Origin: Aciduliprofundum boonei T469
GTDB lineage: Archaea > Thermoplasmatota > Thermoplasmata > Thermoplasmatales > Aciduliprofundaceae
Direction of reading: 5' to 3'
Assembly: GCF_000025665.1 (NCBI RefSeq)
Contig: NC_013926.1
Location: forward strand, 150,001 to 182,000
DNA length: 32,000 nt
The notes under the pieces were generated by a model, which saw only the letters and a program-made list of their open reading frames with translations, ran no database searches and was not told where the DNA came from. Made by a program: the position numbers and the translations under genes. Shown in pieces: positions 25,251 to 32,000 of this stretch. Position 1 is the first letter of the stretch, and every line of letters starts with the position of its first letter.

Positions 25251-26105
25251 CTATTCAAAAACCTTAACCACATTCATACCCTTTGGTACACCAATATCTC
25301 TCGCAACGGGATCGCATTTAGTGCGCAGTAGATATGCAATGGGCCTCAAATCGCTCTCACTGAGAGCCTCATAATTACCCATACCCTTGGCAATGATTAA
25401 ATCTGCCGAGTAGAGCAATTCTTTAAGCTCTTCAGATGCTAAATCCATATCTATGCCCACAGCAAACATACCCGTGTCACGGACTTCATCCACTTCCTTA
25501 TCCAAGCCCACATAGACCACATCCTCGCGAGTAGCATCGGATAGGATTGGCTTGCCTCTTACCAAGAGAGTGATTTTCTCTGCATACTTCTTTAATTCTC
25601 TTACCAAAATTTTGTCGAAAACTATCTCGCCACAATTATCGGTTATGTAAACTATGTGTCCTTTCAGATGTTTCTTTAATTTCTCGGTATCGTCATATTC
25701 TATTCCCTCATTTATGAGAGAAGTAAAAACTTTTTCAAACTCTTCGGGAGAATTTACGCCAACTCCAAAATCAAGCACATTACCTATTATGGCAAGGAGC
25801 TCCGCAGCCCTAAGCTTATCCTCACTTTTTTCATAATACTCGAGAGCCTTGGGAAACATTTTCATAGCTATATCGTTGCTCTTCCTCTTCAACTCTTTGT
25901 ATGGATCATCTGTACCAAGAATCTCATTCACCTTCGCATGCACTTTCGTCCAGACCTTTATGGACAATTTGTTTTCGTCAAATTCATCGCATAAAAGAGT
26001 GAGCAAGGCTTTCACTACATCCATAGCCTTATCCGGATTGACCAAATTCGCTTCGAAAACAGCTCGTCTAAATATGCAAGCCAAGCATTCTGGTTGTGGA
26101 CGCAT
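25251..26105 (-). CDS. DUF89 / ARMT1-like damage-control phosphatase family protein
   Basis: N-terminal CLACIFRRAV, the subdomain order, and C-terminal IIAKGMGNYEAL...LLRTKCDPVA are characteristic of archaeal DUF89 proteins of about 284 aa. Assigned by recognition only. Confidence 0.7.
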   Translation of the reverse strand: MRPQPECLACIFRRAVFEANLVNPDKAMDVVKALLTLLCDEFDENKLSIKVWTKVHAKVNEILGTDDPYKELKRKSNDIAMKMFPKALEYYEKSEDKLRAAELLAIIGNVLDFGVGVNSPEEFEKVFTSLINEGIEYDDTEKLKKHLKGHIVYITDNCGEIVFDKILVRELKKYAEKITLLVRGKPILSDATREDVVYVGLDKEVDEVRDTGMFAVGIDMDLASEELKELLYSADLIIAKGMGNYEALSESDLRPIAYLLRTKCDPVARDIGVPKGMNVVKVFE

Positions 26106-26174
26106 AAAAGGGCATGAGCAACTCTTATAATATTTTTAGTGAAAAACTTAAATTTCTGCACAATATGTACACCT

Positions 26175-27485
26175 ATGAACGATATCTCTTTTCTTACCAT
26201 ACCCCTTCCAGAAGATGTTGAGAGAGAAATAAAAATGGGCAATTTTGCAGGTGCGACTAAAATTATGAGAAAGCTAAGCAAAAGAGACTTGCCTCCTGAG
26301 TTCAAGATGAGAATGGAGTACGAAATGGAGCGTTTAAAAAGGATGAGAAAGGATTTCCCATGGAATAGAGAGTCTGCTGTGAAACTTCTCAGGGAGAGCA
26401 TTGTTGGATTTAAAGAGGAGGAGTTGGATAAATGGATATCCTTGGGATTAATCGAGAGAATTATAATGGATGGAGAGGAAAGATTTTATGAGAGATTTGT
26501 GGAAAATCTATTTTTTTTGGAGCCCATCATAAGTAAAAGGAAAGTTAAGAGGGATGAATTGGGAGACTATTCGCGAGGGATTATAAGAAGAGCTATTAGA
26601 AGGCTCAATAAAGGAGAATTACACAAATATCGTGTTGTGGCAGGAATAAAATTAAGGGTGAAAAGAAAAGGCACCTATAGGGTATGGCTTCCAATACCAA
26701 AGGAGAATTTTCAAATTGAAAGAGTAAGGATTTTAAAAGCTTACCCGAAGAAATATGAAATTGCAGATAACCACGCAGCTCAAAGAACCATATATTTCCA
26801 TTCTAATTCCAAGGAATTTCAGGTGGAATTTGAATATGTGATAAGCGAAGTACGAGGAGGTATGGAGGGAAATGCGGATTTAAATGAGAATTTAAAAGAG
26901 AAACCGCCGCATGTGAGATTCACACCTTACATTAAATCTTTAGCGGAGGGAATAACGAGGGATGCCGAGGATAATTATGAAAAAGCCAAGAGAATATACA
27001 ATTGGATTACGCATAACACAAATTATACCTATGTGAGGGAGTACTGCACATACAATAACATAAGCGAATTCGTCGCCACTTCGTTGCGTGGAGATTGCGG
27101 AATGTTTGCACTTTTATTCATAACCCTTGCGAGAGCTGCGGGTATTCCAGCAAAGTGGCAGAGTGGATGGTACATAACTCCAAAATTCGCATCTCCCCAT
27201 GACTGGGCTCAGGTATATGTGGATGGAAAATGGCTCCCAGTAGATGCTTCCTTTGGAAATTATCGAAGGAATGGAGAAGTGAGAAATGTATTCTATTTTG
27301 GAAATATGGATGCGTTTAGGATGATCGCAAATGATGATTTTCAGGTTGATTTCATTCCTGACAAAAAATACTGGCGCTCAGACCCTGTGGATAATCAAAG
27401 GGGAGAGGTAGAAAACGAAAGAAGAAATCTGTATTTCGATGAATTTGAATCACATCTCTATGTCAAGGAATTTAAAAGAATTTAG
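26175..27485 (+). CDS. Transglutaminase-like cysteine protease-fold protein (cytoplasmic; no signal peptide seen)
   Basis: The Cys-His-Asp core is LRGDCGMFALLFITLARAAGIPAKW ... SPHDWAQVYVDGKWLPVDAS. ATG 26175 lies about 40-50 nt after TATA-like TTATAATATTTTTAG (26124-26138); the track start 26139 is GTG. Confidence 0.75.
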   Translation: MNDISFLTIPLPEDVEREIKMGNFAGATKIMRKLSKRDLPPEFKMRMEYEMERLKRMRKDFPWNRESAVKLLRESIVGFKEEELDKWISLGLIERIIMDGEERFYERFVENLFFLEPIISKRKVKRDELGDYSRGIIRRAIRRLNKGELHKYRVVAGIKLRVKRKGTYRVWLPIPKENFQIERVRILKAYPKKYEIADNHAAQRTIYFHSNSKEFQVEFEYVISEVRGGMEGNADLNENLKEKPPHVRFTPYIKSLAEGITRDAEDNYEKAKRIYNWITHNTNYTYVREYCTYNNISEFVATSLRGDCGMFALLFITLARAAGIPAKWQSGWYITPKFASPHDWAQVYVDGKWLPVDASFGNYRRNGEVRNVFYFGNMDAFRMIANDDFQVDFIPDKKYWRSDPVDNQRGEVENERRNLYFDEFESHLYVKEFKRI

Positions 27486-27532
27486 AAAATTATTTTATGC
27501 CACTTTTCTATTTACCTTCTGGAGGTATTAAA

Positions 27533-28645
27533 ATGACTTATAAAATTGCCGTGTTGCCGGGAGATGGAGTAGGACCGGAAGTTATTGAGGCTGCGATGAT
27601 AGTATTGGATGAAATAGCATTGGATGCGGAATACATATATGGAGACATAGGATGGGAGTTCTGGCGCAAGGAGGGAAATCCACTACCAGAGAGAACAGTT
27701 GAGTTGATGAAGCAGACAGATTGCGCATTGTTTGGGGCAATAACTTCAAAACCAAAGGATGAGGCTCAGAAAGAGCTGGCTCCCGAATTGCAGGGTAAGG
27801 GTTTGGAATATTACAGTCCCATTGTGAAGCTACGCCAACTCTTTGACCTATACGCCAATGTTCGCCCCGCAAAGGCCTATCCCGGAAATCCGTTGAATTA
27901 TAAGGATAATATAAACATAACAGTTTTCAGGGAAAATACTGAAGGGCTCTATAGCGGAGTGGAATATTATCCCGTTCCAGAAGAGATAGACAATGCGTTC
28001 AAAGACCATCCAAGATACAAGAAGTTCATTGGGATAGATAAGGCCATTTCTTTGAGAATCATCTCAAGAAAAGGTGCTGAGAGAATAATAAGGGCTGCAT
28101 TCGAATTTGCAAAGCAAAATAATCTAAAAAATGTAACCGTGGTAGAGAAACCAAATGTGCTGAGGGAGACGAGTGGCTTATTTGTAAGAGTGGCAAGGAA
28201 GATCCACGAAGAATATCTAGATATAGAAATGTGGGAGACAAATATTGATGCCCAAGCCATGTGGCTCGTAAAAAATCCTGAGAAATACGATGTGCTTGTA
28301 ACTTCAAATTTATTTGGCGATATAATTTCAGATCTGGCATCTCAACTTGTTGGCGGCCTAGGATTTGCTGCTGCTGGAAATATTGGCGATAACTATGCAG
28401 TCTTTGAACCTGTGCATGGCTCCGCGCCCAAGTATGCCGGTTTGTACAAAGTAAATCCCATTGCAACTATAAGGGCAGTTAGAATGATGCTTGATTACCT
28501 GGGTGAGAAAGAGAAGGCAAATAAATTGGAAAGGGCAATAGAAGAAGTCGTTAAAGAGGGAAAAGTGCGCACCTACGATATGGGTGGCAATGCTAGCACA
28601 CTTGATATGGCAAAGGAAATAGCAAAGAAATACTCACAACTCTAA
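27533..28645 (+). CDS. Isocitrate/3-isopropylmalate/homoisocitrate dehydrogenase family (beta-decarboxylating dehydrogenase)
   Basis: MTYKIAVLPGDGVGPEVIEAA N-terminus, LRQLFDLYANVRP, FRENTEGLYSG and NLFGDIISDLASQLVGGLG motifs. GGAGGT SD lies 7 nt before ATG 27533. No leuCD or aksA neighbours, so the substrate is left open. Confidence 0.82.
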   Translation: MTYKIAVLPGDGVGPEVIEAAMIVLDEIALDAEYIYGDIGWEFWRKEGNPLPERTVELMKQTDCALFGAITSKPKDEAQKELAPELQGKGLEYYSPIVKLRQLFDLYANVRPAKAYPGNPLNYKDNINITVFRENTEGLYSGVEYYPVPEEIDNAFKDHPRYKKFIGIDKAISLRIISRKGAERIIRAAFEFAKQNNLKNVTVVEKPNVLRETSGLFVRVARKIHEEYLDIEMWETNIDAQAMWLVKNPEKYDVLVTSNLFGDIISDLASQLVGGLGFAAAGNIGDNYAVFEPVHGSAPKYAGLYKVNPIATIRAVRMMLDYLGEKEKANKLERAIEEVVKEGKVRTYDMGGNASTLDMAKEIAKKYSQL

Positions 28646-29169
28646 TCTTTTCTATATATTTCTATTTCTTGCCTAATGTAATTCAAAGCACTCTCAATAT
28701 CCTTTGTCGATATTATTGCGTATATCCATTTTGAATTTTTCAGCTTTAGACGAATATACTTTGTTCGTGGGAGAGATAGAACCAAAACTTTTTCTCCTTT
28801 AATCTTCCCAATTCTTATACCATAGCCCCCATATTTCCACATGGTTCCTTTTTCTTCCTCAGCACTTACAACATTTTCCCATGGTAGATGTATGCGATAA
28901 GCAGGATAGCCAGCAATTAATGAGTTATCTGTAATCACAAGCTTGTAAGAGCCAAAAAGATAACTGAGAGCAAAGAAAAGTATGGTTAAAGTTAGAATAA
29001 ACCACTGGGGTGCTGGCTTTGATCCCAATGGCCCTATTAAAGCCTGATAAAGGAATATGTATAAAAATATAAAAGCTAGAGGCGGCAAAATAAGTAAAAC
29101 AAGCCAAAAAACCATACGCTCTTCATATTTCACATTTCCCTCATACATATTATCCACCAATTTTGACAT
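28642..29169 (-). CDS. Membrane protein with 2 N-terminal TM helices and a C-terminal PH-like (bPH/YdbS-like) domain
   Basis: TM segments MVFWLVLLILPPLAFIFLYIFLY and WFILTLTILFFALSYLFGSY. They are followed by YKLVITDNSLIAGYPAYRIHLPWENVVS...VLVLSLPRTKYIRLKL...IISTKDIESALNYIRQ, which resembles bacterial PH-domain membrane proteins. The gene overlaps or abuts the activase stop, suggesting the same operon. Confidence 0.5.
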   Translation of the reverse strand: MSKLVDNMYEGNVKYEERMVFWLVLLILPPLAFIFLYIFLYQALIGPLGSKPAPQWFILTLTILFFALSYLFGSYKLVITDNSLIAGYPAYRIHLPWENVVSAEEEKGTMWKYGGYGIRIGKIKGEKVLVLSLPRTKYIRLKLKNSKWIYAIISTKDIESALNYIRQEIEIYRKD

Positions 29170-30061
29170 ACAATCCTATCTCTTCAAATTTTTCTTTTAT
29201 CTCTTTCATCTTCTCTTCGCTTGGTGACTCGTGCACCTGCATCATGTACTCTCTTCCCAATCTTCTAAATTTCTCACTCACATCATGATAGGGCAGCAGA
29301 TTTATCTCTTTTATACCTCCTAATTCCTTTATAAATTTCTTCCATCCTTCCACATTCTCTTCAGTATCTGTTATCGTGGGAATCACAGGAAAACGCAATA
29401 TTATATCTTCTCCTCTCCCTAATTTAACAAGGAACTTCAGGTTCTCTTTTATTATTTCATTGGACACCCCAGTATACTTCTTATGCTCCTTAGAATCATA
29501 GAGCTTAATATCATAAAGAAATAAATCCGCATAATCCATAATAGATTCCAATACTTCTCGGGAAGCGTAACCAGATGTATCTAAAGTGGTATGAACTCCT
29601 ATTTTTTTGCATTCTATTAGAGCTTCCTTCAAAAACTCTGGCTGCATAAGGGGCTCTCCTCCAGAGAAAGTTACACCCCCTCCTGAGGAATCGTAAAGTG
29701 TTATATCTTTTTCTATTTCTTTCATTAATTCCTCCACCGTTATTTTCCTACCAATGAATTCCAAAGCACTTGTGGGACAATTTTCTGTGCATATACCGCA
29801 ATAGGTGCATTTATCCCTCTCAATATGCTGCGCACCAAAATCATCAAAGTAAATCAGCTTGTAAGGACAAGTATGCACACAGGTATAGCAATGGATGCAC
29901 TTGTATTCTATATACATTATCTCAAAATTTATTGATTGGCCCTCTGGATTATGGCACCATATGCAGCGCAAGGGGCATCCTTTCATAAATATCGTAGTCC
30001 TTATTCCTGGACCATCGTGAATAGCATATCTCTTTATATCAAAGATTACTCCTTCACTCAT
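29150..30061 (-). CDS. Glycyl-radical enzyme activating enzyme (radical SAM, with two auxiliary ferredoxin-like clusters)
   Basis: HDGPGIRTTIFMKGCPLRCIWCHNPE carries the CxxxCxxC motif. Auxiliary cluster motifs are CIHCYTCVHTCP and CTYCGICTENCP, and a GGEPL motif is present. ATGA overlap with the GRE stop. Confidence 0.9.
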   Translation of the reverse strand: MSEGVIFDIKRYAIHDGPGIRTTIFMKGCPLRCIWCHNPEGQSINFEIMYIEYKCIHCYTCVHTCPYKLIYFDDFGAQHIERDKCTYCGICTENCPTSALEFIGRKITVEELMKEIEKDITLYDSSGGGVTFSGGEPLMQPEFLKEALIECKKIGVHTTLDTSGYASREVLESIMDYADLFLYDIKLYDSKEHKKYTGVSNEIIKENLKFLVKLGRGEDIILRFPVIPTITDTEENVEGWKKFIKELGGIKEINLLPYHDVSEKFRRLGREYMMQVHESPSEEKMKEIKEKFEEIGLYVKIGG

Positions 30062-32000
30062 ACCTCCTCATGCTCCGTCCTCTTTATTATCTCATCTTGA
30101 AGTCCCTTAGGCAAATTGACAAAATAATCACTATAGCCAGCAACGCGAACCATCAAATCCTGAAACTCTGGAGGCTTCTCTTGGGCTTCCTTTAGAACCT
30201 CGCTACTAACAACATTGAACTGCACATGATGGCCTCCCCATCTGAAGAAATTCCTTATTAAAGCTGCTAATTTCTTAATATTCTCCTCATTTTCCAAAAG
30301 GTCACCAGTTAGCTTTTGATTGAGAAGTGCTCCTCCTGTCTTTGCCCAGTCACATTTAGCAACAGAACGGAAAACTGCGGCTATGCCTTTTCTATCCATG
30401 CCCTGCACAGGAGATATACCTTCAGAAACGGGATATCCAGCAATCCTACCATCAGGCGTAGCTCCAGTAACCTTCCCAAAATAAACATGCGCAGTGGTAG
30501 GTAGAAAATATGCCCTCTTTGAAGCTTTTCTAATTGGTGATGGAGGATAACTCTCAATCATATCAACCACAACATCCACAATTCTTTTTGCTATCTCATC
30601 AGCGTAATCGTCATCATTCCCAAACTTAGGAGTCCTATTAAGGAATCTCTGGCGCATGAGCTCATAGCCCTTGAAATTATTATCTAGGGCTTTAATAACC
30701 TCATCCATCTTGAAGAATTTCTTGTCAAACACATTGTATTTGATAGATACCAAAGAATCAGTCAATGTTCCCAGGCCCACAACTTGAATGTATTGGGTAT
30801 TGTATCTAGCACCTCCTACATTGTAATCCTTTGCATTCTTCACACAATCTTCTATCCAGAGAGATAGAAAGGGCACAGGTAGATATTTTGCATATAGGGC
30901 TTCAATTATATCGTTGCCCTTCATCTTTATATCTAGGAAATATTTAACTTGCTTTAAAAAGGCATCCCATAGTTCTTCAAAGCTTTTAAATTCCGTAACA
31001 TCTCCCGTTTCTATGCCAACTTTCTTTCCTGTACGGGGGTCTATTCCATTATGCAAGGTTATTTCCAAAATCTTTGGGAGGTTGAAGTACCCTGTTAAAA
31101 TATATGCCTCTTTTCCAAAGGCCCCACTTTCAACACATCCACTAACCCCAGAGGTGCGAGCATCCTCTAAGCTCTTTCCCTGTCTTAGCATTCTAACAAT
31201 GAGCTCATCATAGTTGAAAAATGGAGGCTCACCAAATCCTGGACCTACAACCTTCAATGCCTCTATGAGGAATCTGTCAGGATTTCTATTGCTTATCAAC
31301 ACTGCTGTATTTAGCTGCAATGTTCTCATCTCACTGAGAACTTCTAAGATTAAATAAGAAAGCTCATTAACACCATCGTAGCCATCCTCGGTCAATCCTC
31401 CCACATTCAACTTTGAAAAATCGTTATAGGTAAAGCTCTCTTCCGCCGTAACACCAACCTTTGGCACTGCGGGCTGATTATTAAACTTGAGCCAAAAAGC
31501 TTGAAACAGCTCCTTGGCTCTTTCTCTATTCAATCTTCCTTCTTTTACATCCTTCTCGTAAAATGGATATAGATTTTGGTCAATCCTTCCGGGATTGAAT
31601 GAATCCCATGGATTTGTCTCATAAGTTACTCCAACATGAATGAACCAGTAATGTTGAAGCGCTTCCCAAAATGTTCTCGGTGCATGCTCAGGAACCCATC
31701 TGCATATTTTTGCCATATCCTCCAGCTCTTTCCTTCTCCTCTCATCCTTCTCCTTTTTTGCCATACTTTGCAATTTCTCAGCGTACCTATGTGCGTAAAT
31801 CACTATTGCATCAGCCACGATATCCATTGCTTTTAGCTCTTCCATTTTCTCATAATACTCTGGATCCTCTGGCTTTAACTCTTGCATTTTCCTCTTTATC
31901 TCATTCTTTATGTCCAAAATTCCCATCTTAAATATTCTATCCCCTCCCGCAGTATGCCCAGGAGAGCGCTGCTCCATAAATTCTGTCCAGACCCCAGATT
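30058..32000 (-). CDS. Glycyl radical enzyme, PFL2/glycerol-dehydratase-like clade (5' end lies beyond the window)
   Basis: C-terminal glycyl radical motif VRVAGYSDYF (Gly codon 30136-30138). The single-Cys active-site loop is GVSGCVESG (Cys codon 31135-31137), rather than the CC of true pyruvate formate-lyase. The reading frame stays open upstream of the listed Met at 31977 (..WTEF-MEQRS..) to the window edge, so the gene is truncated by the window. Confidence 0.88.
   Translation of the reverse strand, partial: SGVWTEFMEQRSPGHTAGGDRIFKMGILDIKNEIKRKMQELKPEDPEYYEKMEELKAMDIVADAIVIYAHRYAEKLQSMAKKEKDERRRKELEDMAKICRWVPEHAPRTFWEALQHYWFIHVGVTYETNPWDSFNPGRIDQNLYPFYEKDVKEGRLNRERAKELFQAFWLKFNNQPAVPKVGVTAEESFTYNDFSKLNVGGLTEDGYDGVNELSYLILEVLSEMRTLQLNTAVLISNRNPDRFLIEALKVVGPGFGEPPFFNYDELIVRMLRQGKSLEDARTSGVSGCVESGAFGKEAYILTGYFNLPKILEITLHNGIDPRTGKKVGIETGDVTEFKSFEELWDAFLKQVKYFLDIKMKGNDIIEALYAKYLPVPFLSLWIEDCVKNAKDYNVGGARYNTQYIQVVGLGTLTDSLVSIKYNVFDKKFFKMDEVIKALDNNFKGYELMRQRFLNRTPKFGNDDDYADEIAKRIVDVVVDMIESYPPSPIRKASKRAYFLPTTAHVYFGKVTGATPDGRIAGYPVSEGISPVQGMDRKGIAAVFRSVAKCDWAKTGGALLNQKLTGDLLENEENIKKLAALIRNFFRWGGHHVQFNVVSSEVLKEAQEKPPEFQDLMVRVAGYSDYFVNLPKGLQDEIIKRTEHEEV

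Noticed and set aside
26015-26401. Minus-strand 128-aa ORF spanning the DUF89/transglutaminase divergent promoter
   Set aside because: It overlaps the N-termini of two well-supported genes and crosses their promoter. It has no motif support.
1-32000. Searched for CRISPR arrays, IS elements, integrases, tRNA/rRNA genes and prophage or defence gene signatures
   Set aside because: I saw no regularly spaced 25-40-bp repeats, no transposase, integrase or recombinase-like ORFs, and no second GC-rich island that could be a tRNA or rRNA. All long ORFs have housekeeping or envelope assignments.

Overview
The window reads as chromosomal DNA from an AT-rich, probably thermophilic euryarchaeon. The evidence is archaellum genes, fibrillarin, BRE/TATA-like promoters, GGTGA-type Shine-Dalgarno sites, and one very GC-rich structural RNA in an AT-rich background. 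The gene content resembles Aciduliprofundum/DHVE2-type or Thermococcus-like organisms, but I cannot verify the taxon. Coding density is high, with about 28 genes. They include the start of an archaellum operon (flaB, flaC/D/E fusion), housekeeping genes (ileS, deoC, mutL, argF, fibrillarin, a THUMP RNA methyltransferase, a sugar epimerase, an isocitrate/isopropylmalate-family dehydrogenase), an SRP (7S) RNA gene, and a glycyl-radical enzyme operon that is cut by the window end. Five large secreted or membrane-anchored surface proteins are interspersed among these. I saw no CRISPR array, transposase, integrase, tRNA or rRNA gene. I found no clear-cut, self-contained novel multi-gene system such as a defence island. 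The best candidates for follow-up are: (1) two adjacent surface proteins with PEF-CTERM-like sorting signals and identical promoter cores, belonging to an uncharacterised W-motif beta-propeller family; (2) a surface-anchored multidomain clostripain (C11) protease; (3) a divergent pair of paralogous small wHTH regulators coupled to a giant glycoprotein just upstream of the archaellin gene; (4) a 220-bp AT-rich intergenic region with phased TGTTAAAC repeats in front of a tandem-RHH regulator, a GC hairpin, a small zinc-ribbon ORF and a creatininase-family gene; (5) a GRE-activase-PH-like membrane protein operon with unknown substrate. All calls come from reading the sequence and ORF translations by eye. 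No searches or folding computations were run, and start codons are best guesses.
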